Position numbers and translations under genes: made by a program
In this document: positions 1-12,374 of the stretch, piece by piece
How the letters are laid out: each line of letters starts with the position of its first letter
Position numbering within the stretch: the stretch's first letter is position 1
Origin: Octopus vulgaris
Taxonomy: Eukaryota
DNA length: 64,000 nt
Direction of reading: 5' to 3'
Assembly (NCBI GenBank): GCA_951406725.2
Contig: OX597817.1
Span: forward strand, 124,682,001-124,746,000
Notes under the pieces: generated by a model
The model's input: the letters and a program-made list of their open reading frames with translations, nothing else
Told to the model about the DNA's origin: nothing
Databases searched by the model: none

Positions 1-7
1 ATATATA

Positions 8-433
8 TACTAGCAGTATAGCCCAGCATTGTTCAAGTTTGTTTTTTAGTTGCACTTAAAACAGCAGACTTTGATGTCGCGTTAACAAAGTTTTGTCATA
101 CTTTCAATCTTTTTTGAAAAGTAAAAATTTTGCATTATGTAGATTGTTATTCTCTTTAAGTTAACATTTTTCTGATTGAAGTACACCAAAAAATGGCGAC
201 ACAGAAGTCAAAGAATTGTAAAAATTAGGGATCTTCATAGAAAAAAGGCACCTTTTTGATGTAAATAACTTTTGGGCTTAACATGGTCTGATTTGAATTT
301 TTTCTTCTATGGAATGAAGAGCAAGCCTTCAATCATACTCTCAATTTTGGTCAACTTGATAGTGTTTGTTGAAGGCTACCAAACCTGCCACACACACACA
401 CACACAGACAACTTCAGCTTTATATGTATAGAT
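8..433. mobile_element. Non-autonomous Helitron/Helentron-like element
   Basis: Starts TACTAGCAGTATAGCCCAGC next to (TA)n and ends ...(CA)n-CAGACAACTTCAGCTTTATATGTATAGAT. These termini resemble non-autonomous Helitron-type repeats; no ORF. Confidence 0.45.
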
Positions 434-946
434 ATATTTATCTATATATATATCCAAGTTCAAATAAAAAGCCAAATGTTCAAAGTTCTATGACTAAATA
501 AACTAGTTTAGCATTAAGAGTAAGATAGAATAGAAAAATACTGCCCTCAAAAGTACGATCTCTAGTGAGACTGCTCAGTTTATGGAGTAATAAAAGCAGA
601 AACAGTGGGTAAAACTGACAAGAAATGGATAGATATTGTTGTTTGTAATAGAAATTTTAGTAGTCCTTGATTATAATGTTCTACTTCAGTTTGCCAAGTG
701 CAGCTGGTGTCAGCTAGGAGACCCACAAAGTAAATTTTTACTTTGAAAAATCATGCTGCAGCCAACTTATGTGTCATACAGTTAAATGCTTTGCATTGTC
801 ATTCATTTCTGGTGTTGAATTTATTTTATTGCTAATTGAGAAGATAAGATTGTATGCGAACATTTAAAACTTTTGCTGTTTTTGTTTATATGTTGTAGTT
901 ATAGGGTTTAGCAACAGCATACAGGCTTCATTACAAGATTATTTAT

Positions 947-1166
947 CCCTTTAGTGTTTAAACTGGCCATATCAGGCCAAAATTATCTTACTGTTTTATG
1001 CTCAAACCAGCCAGCTCTGACCTCTCACACCTACCCTACAAAGTCATTCTAAAAATAAACAGGGACAAAATCAAAATCTCAGAGTTACAAGATGCTGTAC
1101 AATTAATTTAAAACAATGTAATTAAACAGGCTTTACATTTGACAGGGTAATCTGAATGCTAAAGGG
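947..1166. mobile_element. piggyBac-like MITE (CCC...GGG termini), copy 1
   Basis: CCCTTTAG...CTAAAGGG terminal inverted repeats; TTAA on the right, TTAT on the left; homologous along its length to 44469-44687. Confidence 0.75.
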
Positions 1167-1594
1167 TTAATAGTAATTATTCAGCTAATGATATCAGTTA
1201 AAATAATGTTGAAGCAACAGCAATTTCTAAAAGACGATGACAATATTGCAATAGCAAAATTTTTAAAAAGTGAAAGTCATTTTGACCAATAACTGACTGC
1301 TGTTATTTACAAAAAATCGAAATTATTTTATTTTGCAGAACAGCACACTCAACCTCCACCAACATACTTGTCTGTGTCACCGTGCCATCTCTACTCAAAT
1401 TTTTTCAAGTAGCTGTTGAAAACTTCTTGAGATGTCCTACACATGTGCTTCAATTTTTTTTTTATTGGACTGAAACCTAAAGGACTCAATATTGCATATG
1501 CATGTGTGTATGCTTGTGTGTGTGCAAGAGGGAGAGGGAGATTAAGTGAGAGATAGAAAGTAAGTGAGAAAGAGAGATGAGTTTATATAAATAC

Positions 1595-1645
<51 letters not shown>

Positions 1646-1692
1646 GAAAAAGAGATGACAAAGTAATAAATGATTATCTTACAAACTTCATT

Positions 1693-1773
1693 GGCTTACA
1701 ACTGTTTCCACCATAAGATGTAGCGAACTCATAGTTAAGTGCCTGAGTAACACCTTGCAGCTTCATCAGAGCC
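1693..1773 (-). ncRNA. Degenerate type I hammerhead ribozyme-like motif (probable PLE pseudo-LTR remnant)
   Basis: Minus strand reads GGCT-CTGATGA-A-[GCTGCAAGGTGT...ACATCTTATGGT]-G-GAAA-CAGTT-GTA-AGCC. Stem I is GGCT/AGCC, stem II is long, stem III is ACA/TGT, and the triplet is GUA. Confidence 0.55.
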
Positions 1774-1821
1774 TCAGACATGAAATGCATTTCATTTGGG
1801 AAGACAAATACATTTAAGCAC

Positions 1822-1853
<32 letters not shown>

Positions 1854-2307
1854 GGAAAGCATTACCAATGAGCAAGCATATACATGAGGGATGAAATCCA
1901 GTGGTTCCTCCCATAAATGGAATAAGATTAAGTCTAAGATTGTATACTGACGAGTATACCCAGATGTAGAAAAAGAGTAAATATATCTATCAATAAAAGT
2001 ATATGTACACACAAACACACATACTTATGTGTGAAGAGGTATGGCTTAATGGTTAGGCTGTTGCACTCACAATTGCTAGATTGTGGGTTTGATTCCCAGA
2101 TTAGATGGCATATACTCTTGAGCAAAACACTTAATTTTATGTTACTTCAGCCCCCTTTTGATCAGAGCGGAATATTGGTCTGCTCCCCTAGCCAATGGGG
2201 TTCCATCATTTGAAGGCTAAAACGATGCAAATCACATTGTGATTAGCGATGTGAAACAACATCAGATAGTCTGATTGGTTATGTGGTATATATATATATA
2301 TATATGT

Positions 2308-3200
2308 ACAGGGTGTGGATGGTATTTGAGGACACATGCACTTTTAGTCATTATTCTATTAGACTATTTTTTTTTTTATTAAACTTCTGTTTCAGAAACA
2401 AGAATGACTGGTCCTATGCATGCTAATGAAATGAAAACGTATGCTGTGATTGTGACTTTGAAAGTTAAGCATAGTGATTTAGAAATTTCTTGTTTTCAGA
2501 AATTTGCAAGATCTTTTGTTCACAAGATTTGGCATGAGTTAGAGAAAGAAGATGGAAGCATATTTTCTGTAATGTTAAAAACATTCCAAATGCTCTGATT
2601 CTATCAGGATATCTGAATTTATTCTGAAAGTTATGCAAAACATTGAAGACAATCCAGGAAAATGAATGAGGTCGATTGCAAAAAAATATATTGTGTGTCA
2701 GAAAAAAAAAACAATCAGAAATGTTGTGCATGAAGACATCAGATATAAATCTTATATGATGTGGAGAGGCCAATTCATGACAGAAAAAAAACAAAAGAAA
2801 ACCATTTAATCAGATCCCAAAGACTTCTGGACATATTCAAAAATCCATCAGAAGATGGTGTGATTTGGTTTTTCTGAGATGAGGAAAACTTTGACCAGGA
2901 CCAGAAAACTAACAGAAGAAATTAGAGATGGCTATGTGCAGACCTTTCTGAGGTTCTAACGGTAATGCACACAAAATATTTTGCAAGTGTCACAGTTTAG
3001 GGGTTGTTAGCAACGAAGAAAATATGATGCCCCCTCACTTTATTCCACGTGGCCTTAGGGTGAATCCTGTTGCATATAAAGAGGTTCTGGATAAAGTTGT
3101 TAAGCCTTAGATCAACAGTGTATGCAGCAGAAGGCCTTATGTCTTTCAGCAAGATTCTGCACCATCACAAACTTACAGCAACAAGACAATGGGTCATATG
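2308..3200 (+). pseudogene. Decayed Tc1/mariner transposase, DD37D (maT)-like
   Basis: Manual translation across stops and frameshifts gives IWFF*DEENFDQDQK...MHTKYFASV.../GVVSNEENMMPPHF...YKEVLDKVVKP*I...PYVFQQDSAPS; begins TA-CAGGGTG. Confidence 0.75.
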
Positions 3201-3209
3201 CAATGTTTC

Positions 3210-3740
3210 GAGTGACAAGCATGCTTTGAATGTAGAAAACGTCCCTCAAAGATGGTGAGCAATCTGGAAGACCTACCATGAATGCCACTCCCAGGAATGC
3301 AGTATTGTGCATCAAAAATTCATCCCCTAACTGTCATTTGGGGAAAGCGATGGGATCTGTGGAACTCAAAGAATTGGATTCTTCATGACAACAATGCACC
3401 TTGTTACCAAGCTCTCTTCAATCATGAGTTTCTCACAAAAAGCAACATGATATGGCTTCCACACCCACCCTATTCACTAGATTTAGCACCTGTGGACTTG
3501 CATCTCTTACCCAAGATAAAAATGCAGCTCAAAGATCACTTTTTTAAAATCATTATTAAAATCCAAAGTGAATCACAGAAGGTCCTCGACTCACAGAAAA
3601 CAACTTTCTGGCTGGATTCCCAAACTGGCTGGAACACTGGGTCTGCAAGGTGAATATTTTGAATGAGATGATGTTAAAACTTAGGTAAATCAGTTATTGT
3701 TTATTAAACATAACTAGTTCAGGAACCTTTTGTAGATATC
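3210..3740 (+). pseudogene. 3' fragment of a mariner (DD34D-type) transposase
   Basis: ORF 3282-3653 contains WILHDNNAPCY...LPHPPYSLDLAPVDLHLLPKIK, matching the mariner HDNA and PYSPDLAPxD motifs. Confidence 0.8.
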
Positions 3741-4885
3741 CAACATAAAATGGATAACCCCCATATATACACAAAAATAAGGGCCATATCTTATTGTAGC
3801 ACTATTACTAGACAAGTACTGTCTGCACCCTCTCATGGTTGGTTGTAATTGTGAGGGATCAAAGTTTGTTAAAGAGTTCTATTGCAGCGATTTATAAGCA
3901 CAGAAAAGTAAACATTCTGTCAGAGAGAGAGAGGAGAGACAGACAGACAGACTGGCAGAGAAAGAGAGAAAGAATAAACAGAGGAAATGGCAAAGTTTGC
4001 TTACAAGGAAATATTTTATGTATCAAAATTAATCAAAATTAATAAAAATTGCATTAATAGAAAATATTAAATTTCTAGTTAATAATTAGTATCTTGACCA
4101 CAAATCAACTGCTTTTGCTGCTTTGGAATGAAAAAAAATTAAGGATAACTTCACTCTTGATTCACACATTCTCATTAATTAGGAAAAAAAAAAGACAATC
4201 AATTGCAATAAATTGATCAAATTTTGTTTCTTTTGACTCTAAATGAAACCAATATTATAAGGAGAGAAGAGATGCAGCCAGTTTGGTGATTGTCACATAG
4301 TTTATCGACATTTGAAGGGGGATGAAAGTTAAAACAGCTAGCCACATTATTTGAGCTTCAAACTATGACCTCATGTCTAGAATGTTCTGAAGTGGGCGGT
4401 ATTTATTGCTCCCTTAGAATGGTATGATAATGGGAATTTGAATGACATGTGGAATTAATTGTTCTTTTTCTTTTTAATTTCACTATGCTATTATTATATT
4501 CTATAGTCTTCTCGAGTTTCCTACTCTGAATAACTTTGAACTAAAAATAAAAATAATAATAATAATAATAACAAAAATAAAATTAATGGTAATTAGCATT
4601 TCTATAGCTATGATTCAAGGCCACCCATTTCATGGTGGGAAGAGAGTGCAGACAATTAATCAACTCCATGTTTTGCTGATGCCTCTTTTCATTGACTCAG
4701 GTAATAAAAGGCAAAGTTTGAGGTTTGTAGGATTTGAACCCAAACATAAAGGGATACTGTTTCATTACCACATTGCATTTAGTTTAGTATATTATGACTC
4801 CTATCCTGCCCTATTTTATATGTGTGTGTGAGTGGTGGTAGTGTGTGTGTGTGCATGAGTGTGTATGTATGTATGCATATTTTAA

Positions 4886-5104
4886 AGGCGTGGCTGTGTG
4901 GTAAGAAATGTTAGCATGCCAGGTGAAATGCTTAGCGGTATTTTGTCTGCCGTTATGTTGTCGAATTCGTTTGTCTGTCCTTGTTTGTCCCCTCTGTGTG
5001 TAGCCCTTTGTAGGCAGTAAAGAAATAAGAAGCTTGCTTCCCAACCACATGGTTCTGGGTTCAGTCCCACTGCGTGGTATCTTGGGTAAGTGTCTTCTAC
5101 TGTA
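4886..5104 (+). mobile_element. SINE family A head interrupted by an internally deleted family B SINE
   Basis: GGCGTGGCTGTGTGGTAAGAA, then family B sequence (~4905-5030), then TAAGAAGCTTGCTTCCCAACCACATGGTTC...; TAAGAA appears on both sides of the insert. Confidence 0.7.
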
Positions 5105-5109
5105 TCCTT

Positions 5110-5555
5110 CGTGGACTCTTCAGTACGATCGATCTCATTCAATATAATTTGTAGAACTATACACTAGTTGTCCTTATAAAATTATCAGCTGCGGAACTGT
5201 TTCCGGTATTTAGTGTGCCAGAACTTTGACATTTGAAAATAACCCCAATGTAATTGGTAGAACTAAACACACGTCTCATTTTATACGGACATCTAGTGTA
5301 TAGTTCTACAAACTATATTGAATTGGAACGATTGTACTGAAGAGTCCACGGATGAAAATTAGATAAGTAATTATTGGTGATGGTGAAACTGGTCTACGAT
5401 TAATTCTGTATTTTGTATATTTTCATCTGTCTTACCCTCTTATGTTCTGGTGTTTGCTGAATTTCTCTAGAGGACATTCTTTTCTTTGTAGTTAGATCAT
5501 AGGTGATCTTCTTCTAGCATATTGGATGTCCACTTAGTGGTTATCCCTATTATAC
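5110..5555 (+). mobile_element. Short PLE remnant with inverted pseudo-LTR segment and hammerhead-like motif
   Basis: Inverted repeat 5110-5182 / 5278-5350. Right arm continues ATTGTA-CTGAAGA-GTCCAC...GGT-GAAA-CTGGTC-TACGAT (5331-5400). Ends next to a TA-rich tract. Confidence 0.6.
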
Positions 5556-5571
5556 ACATGTATATATATAA

Positions 5572-5860
5572 AATCATCATCATCAAATAACGTCAATGTT
5601 CCATGCTAGAATCATGTGTGGGATGGCACCACAAGAGCCAGGCCGAAGCCTGCACCAGACTTCTGTGCCTGGATGTCTTTCCTAACACCAACCACTCAGC
5701 AGAGTGGACTTAGTGCTTTTTATGTGGCACAAGCACAAACGAGGTCAGTTTTGGCAACATTTTTACAATTTGATGCCCTTCTGAACACCAGCCACTTTAC
5801 AGTGTGGACTGGGTGCTTTTAAGTGGCACCTGCACTGACAGGGTCACCAAGTACTTACAA
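5572..5860 (-). mobile_element. RTE-type LINE 3' end fragment
   Basis: Reverse complement of the 3' tail seen at 48040-48254, ending in (ATG)n. Confidence 0.55.
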
Positions 5861-7605
5861 GACAAAAACTTTTAAGAGGGGTGGAGACATTGGAGGAGGT
5901 GATGATGAAGAGGTTATAGTGAGACAGATACAGGTGTCTTGCTGTAAAGGAAGTACAAGGTTATTTGGCTGGAGAAAGAAAGATCAGGAAAGAAGACAGA
6001 AATAGGTGTGCTATTACAAAGAAAATACACAGTTGCCCAACCTGAGGGAAGTGCAAGAGAAGGAGAGAGAGAGAGAGAGAGAGAGAGAGTAGGAGATCGC
6101 AGGATGGAGATGGTGGCAAAATACTGGATATACTCACAAGGAACAGGGATCAGAGTATGAATGAGATGGTTGAGTAAATAAAGAGAGATATAGACAGTGG
6201 AATGTGCCAGGGCATACCCTTGAGGTTAATATAAGTGACTGGATAAGTGTGGTTAAAGAGTGCTAGTAAGTGGCGAAAGACTCGAGTATATATAGAGTTG
6301 GAGGGCTACTGGATAGCAATGATACAGAGGAGCAGGTGTGTGAGGACAGGTTTGGGGAGTGAGAGCTAGGCAAGGAGTGAATGAAGGAGGAAATGTGAGA
6401 AAGAGAAGACATGTAGATTGCTTTGTTGCGGTAGGGTGAGGGAAAAGTTTTCTTGTTACGTGTGAGTGGAACATCCAGGTTGGGGGTCTAGCAGATTGGA
6501 ATAATAGGGGGATACAAGGCATGTGGGTAGAATGCACAGGTTGGGGGCAAGCAGAAAGCAATGATACAGTGGCACCGGGCAAAGAGAACAAGGTTGGGAA
6601 GTGTGAGGTAATCATAGTACATGATGTGGAAATGTAAAGAAGAGAAGGGATGTAGAGACGTAGTTTGGTTCATTGTGGTAAAGTGAGAAGTTTTCTTGTT
6701 AAATGTGGGTGGGATACTATGTATGTATGTATATATTCAGGTAAAATTATAAGACTCACTTTTTATGGGATTGGCTGTTTTTCCTTGGAGGTTGAAGAAG
6801 TCCACAAAGGTTCTTCTATTGAAATATGCAATTTGTTGTGCAGAAATGAAAATGTGGAAAAGCATGAAACTGCTTACATATATGTTTGAGTTGTAAACAG
6901 ATTTCTTTCTCACTGTTTTCCATTAAATTCTTCCATAATAAACTGGATTTCAAACATTTGTTTCTTTTATTTTCTTACTTAGTGAAATTCTAGAATATCA
7001 TTCAGACACTTGTTTTTATAGCTGAATAGCCTCACTAGTACTATCAAGGGGGTCTCTATGCAATTGCCCCAATCAGCTAGAAAGAGTAAAATCTTTTCCT
7101 CAAATCACTCTGCTGTTGTTGAGAAAGAGAAATAAAATATTGGTTAATATGGGCTAAGATGCAATGCCTCTGGAAAGAAGATGGAAAATTTTCATAGTTG
7201 GAATGCCTTTATTGTAGAATTGCTTCATTAGAGCTCATCTAGCACTGCTCAACTATGAATTAGGTATGTTACCTTATACTTTTCCAGTAACTAGTCTGAT
7301 AACGAATGTATAAAAATACTTCACAATGGTTTGAAATTGTACACATATAACCAATAATCTAGAAGCTTAACGTCACTACTTTGGTGTCTCTTTTATACAA
7401 ATGTATTCATGCAGTCCATTAATCATTCCTTAATATTGGGAAGTAGGGACTCTATGACAATATTATTGGTAACAACTTCTTATTGCAGCAGATTTATTTT
7501 ATTTGAAGCAGATTTATCTTAACCTGTACTTTAATATTTAATTTGTTTAATTTCAATACAGTGTTTTAATGTCGTTTCAGCTGGAGTAGGTATAGATCTG
7601 TATGC

Positions 7606-7606
<1 letters not shown>

Positions 7607-7663
<57 letters not shown>

Positions 7664-7764
7664 ACGCATGGGCTATGTATGTATGACCTTGTTTGTGAGT
7701 GAATTTGGTAGATGGAAAAGGCAGTAAGTCTGTCACACTAGTGTGCACACACACACATGCAAGC

Positions 7765-7845
<81 letters not shown>

Positions 7846-7857
7846 CATATATATATG

Positions 7858-7951
<94 letters not shown>

Positions 7952-7960
7952 CATATATAT
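7607..7960. repeat. (TG)n and long (TA)n microsatellites
   Basis: Directly visible; explains the YIYI/HTHT ORFs. Confidence 0.95.
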
Positions 7961-9870
7961 AAATCATTCAAAATCAGGGAATTTTTAATATATACAGATT
8001 TTCATGTAGTTAAAAAGAATTCTGTGAGCGTATATGAGTGAGCGTGCATGTGTGTGTGTGTGCGTGCATGTGTGTGTATGAGAGTGCATGTATGTGTGTA
8101 TGTATGAGTGTGCATGTGCTTATGAATGCATATGCAATTTATAAAATTGAACATTATTGAATATTCCTTGCCGTTTTTTTCCAATTGCTGTTTTCATTCC
8201 TTCAGCCCTACTGCAACAACATTACAGATGGTATAAACTATACCATCATGAGTAAAAGGGGGAGTGAACTTAATCAACATTACAGTTGATTTAATTAGAA
8301 TTTCCTTATTAAACATGATATATTGCATAAGTTTATTTCACCTGTTTTTTTTTTTCTTTCATTCCTTTTTTATCCCTGTTCCTGAATTGGAAAAAATATT
8401 TAACACCGACCACCACAATTTAGCACAGTTAGAATATTCCATTTTGTGACACCTTGGAAGCATATTCTCACAATAGCTTTGTTAGACAGAAACTATGCAC
8501 AAATCCATCAAATATACCTACATTTTTTTTTTTTTAGAATTCTTCCTGGAAAGTGGAAACTGGTTTTGAATAGAGAAAGTGGAGCACTGTCACTGGAATT
8601 TAAATAACTACAATGATAACTGTTATGTATTGAACTTTTGGAAAATTTTGCATATTTTTACTTTCAAATTACATCTATATAGTGCATGTTTGCCAGTCTC
8701 TTTCTTTGTTTAGGAAATCAGTTTTTCTCTCTAACATAATCAAGTGCATCAGTGGTTATTGTTATAAAAGCGAATATATTATCAGGAAAGAGGAGCTGCA
8801 GGTTTTGAAACAGTTGTCCTTATATATTTTCCTTCAGGTTGATTTTAGAAATGATCTTAACATCTGCAGTGTTGCTAACCACTACATCTATGTATGCTAA
8901 TTTTCATCTTTATCCATATATCTATATCTAGCCTGTTATGCTTCTGCTATGCAGAGGATTTGACAGGAATGTTCTGTCAATATATCTCGTGTTATTAGGC
9001 ATATATTTGGTAATAGAGATGCTGTTTGTATTCATTTGTAGGAAGTCTTTTCTGAAGATGATATATTGTATATTGTATATTGTATATTGTTTAAGCAACA
9101 ACATCAGGTTTCAGTAGGAGATAGTTCCTTGAGGACATATTTGAATAGCAGCTGATTACATGTATCAAGTCCTCCACAGAAGAGTGATATAATCAACATT
9201 TGCTGTTATATTTGATAGTTTAAGGGCTTCACAATTGTATTTGTTGATCAGATATTTCCTAACTATCGCCTGCTCTTGGATTGCAAAAGTTTAACTTTCA
9301 AGATGTGACATGATGTAATGGTTAGGAGATCAAGGCAGGTTTCAACTTCATGTTAATATTGTAATCCACTTCAAATTTACTGGAAACATACTCATGCATG
9401 GCCTTTTTGTAGTTCACAGAATGTTATTTTCTCAGGTCTTTGCAAAGATATGTGAGCCCAGCACCTCTGAGTTAATATAGATCATATGTTATAGGAAGTG
9501 AACATTTCTTGAAGAGTTAACTAACAACTAAGTTTATTATTCACTTCAGTTTTGCATATTTAGTTGATATATTTGGTATTGCTGCTGTTGTTTAGTATGG
9601 GATAACATACAACTGTACTAAGCTTAAGCCAATTCTTCACACATTTCTTCTGAGATACAGTTGGTGAACTTCACTGATTCTGTGAAAATTTGTAGTTGAT
9701 GCTACCATTTTAACATCTATGGAGTGAATTTCATTTCTACACTGGTCAAATATCCTGAATGGTTGCATCAGTGCTGGTACTGCTAATACACTCTGGGATA
9801 TTGTCTTGTTGTAAAAGGCAATATCTGACTGCAATGTCTCTTTAGTCTGGAATAATATTTTTTGGTGATA

Positions 9871-10068
9871 TATGTATGCATACATTTATGTCTCTCTGTC
9901 AGTATGTATGTCTGTCTTGTGTACATGTTTGTATGTATATATGTATGTATATATGGCATGTATGTATGTATGTATGTATGTATGTATCCATGGATGTATG
10001 CATGCATGTATGTATGTATGTATGTATGTATGTATGTATGTATGTATGTATGTATGTATGTATGTATG
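9871..10068. repeat. (TATG)n microsatellite
   Basis: Directly visible tetranucleotide repeat. Confidence 0.95.
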
Positions 10069-10334
10069 ACCATGAACAATCAATATATATCAGCAAGATA
10101 AATTTGTGTGTGAAACAAACATAGCTGCCATTTAATCCACTCAACTTTTCATTTACATATTCGCCTTCAGATATACAATGAACCCATGATTGGCCCATTA
10201 GGAACCTATATCTATAAAATGTACAATATGCAAAGATAAAATACTCATGACTATTCTTTTATGGAGATTTTTGTTTTAATGGTTAGGTTGGCTACCAAAT
10301 CTTCCCCCAGTCCTATATTTTAAAACTTTGGATA

Positions 10335-10682
10335 CTCTTTCACTCTTTTAATTGTTCAGTCATTTGACTGTGGCCTTGCTGGAGCACTGCCTTTAGTCAA
10401 GCAAATCGACCCCAGGACTTATTCTTTGTAAGCCTAGTACTTATTATTTTATTGGACTCTTTCGCTGAACTGCTAAGTTACGGACACACGCACACAGACA
10501 CACATATATATATATACATATATATGATGGGCTTCTTTCAATTTCCGTCTACGAAATCTACTCACAAGGCTTTGGTCGGCCTGAGGCTATAGTAGAAGAT
10601 ACTTGCCCAATGTGCCACGCAGTGGGACTGAACCCAGAACCATGTGGTTGGTAAGCAAGCTACTTACCACACAGCCACTCTT
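10335..10682 (-). mobile_element. tRNA-derived SINE family A
   Basis: Reverse complement of the 22940-23340 type sequence, with an internal deletion. Confidence 0.85.
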
Positions 10683-12374
10683 ACACCTGGCTTTATTTTA
10701 ATCTGGTTTTATTTTAAATCTAAGGACAATATTTTTCATAACAATGACGTAATAGCCATGATTAGGAATATTTGTTAGTAATTTCATTCAATCAGTTAAC
10801 TTTAGAGCATTACTAACCAAGGTACATAACAACAATATTCCTATATTCATCTAAGCTATTTACAGGAAACATACTCATTCATAACCAGCATCCGATTAAG
10901 TTATCTGGTGTGTGTGCTTGGCCCTGAGCAAACAAAAACCTGCATGCTTTTAATTTGTCACTTTTTCACCTCCTATAAAATATTTTTCATTACTATATCA
11001 AATTTCCTATTTGCAGGAATTATTTTTTTATGGGCATTTAGAAAATATATAAAATGAATTAATCACTTTAACAGTTTTGATTAGCATAAATCATGATCTC
11101 ATATTAGATTTTTATCACATACATAAGAGTATCACTTTTATGTGTTAGCATTGTATTATTTGTCAATTAGTAAATCATTGATATGGGAGAAATTAATGGA
11201 TTACAAATTTATACAAACGTACATTCATATATACATGCAGGCATATACATACATGCATGTGTGTGTGGATCTGTGTATGTGTGTGTGTGTGGATGTGTGT
11301 GTGTGTGTGTGGTGTGTGTGGATGTGTGTGGATGTGTGTGTGTGTGTGTGTGTGTAAAGTGGTACAAACGTTTTTTAACTTCAAGAAATATTGCTTTTTA
11401 TTATGTCCATTATGTGGCTTTAGAAGCAAGTTGGTGTTTTATGGATGATATATTTTAGAAAACACTGCTTTCAGCCATTTTCTAAGTCTCCTGTCAACTG
11501 TGTAGCTTTTAATATTTTAAGTTATTTTAGGTTAAATATTTTCTGAGGACATATAGAACAACCTTCTTCATCACCATATGCAAAAAGCATCGCTGTGTGA
11601 TTACAAAATTTGCTTTGCATGTACATAGTTTTAGGTTCAATAACACTACACTGTACCTTGGACAAATTTCTTCTTTTGTAACTGTGGGTTGATCAATAAC
11701 TTGTGAGTGGAATTTATTTATAGGAAATTGTGTCTGTTGAATTAAAAGGTCTCAAAGTAAATTAGTAAACATTAAAAATAGCAGGACCCTTCTACTATAG
11801 GGAAAGGCCACCCTCAGTATGAAAAAAAAGGAGGAATTTTCGATGATATAATTGGCATAAATATATGAGAGCAGAAGAAGCTTGATGTCTTGCAAAGAAC
11901 TTGCACATGCAAGTGCTACCAGTCAAAAACTCCGCAAGTGTATGGGGTCATCAGGAGAGAATGCACGCGGTTTTGGGGCTTACATCTTGACGGCATCAAT
12001 GCGCACCGGTCCCCCCCCCCCCCTCTCTGATATGAGGCCCTGCTTGCTAGATCAGCTGGTTATCAAATAAAGCTCAATATTCTTCTAGCCATTGCTCATC
12101 GTCTCTTTTTAACCAAATCCAGTGGCTAGCCTTCTCCATTGTAGTTTGGATATCGGTCATGGTGGTATTGACATTATGATGAGTTATACCTAACGATAAC
12201 AACAGTCATCTGATACTGAGTCCAACGAACCCTCTAATGTTCTGCTTCCAGAAGTTAATTTTACATGACAATTTGTGGGAATTTTGGTTGGATTGTCATG
12301 CTAATTTTGAATATGTTCAATCTGAGTTTTGCTTTAAAATCCTTTCTCTTCTTTTCAGATGTGAACTGAACCAC

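Noticed and set aside
1674-2018. 114-aa minus-strand ORF with a protein-like C-terminus
   Set aside because: It spans a (TA)n tract, has no recognisable domain, and its 3' part is better explained as a hammerhead-like RNA fold.
7566-8041. Long ORFs of YI/HT/MYVC repeats, here and at about 9.8, 16.4, 20.7, 34.2, 48.6 and 57.0 kb
   Set aside because: They are translations of (TA)n, (CA)n and (TATG)n microsatellites.
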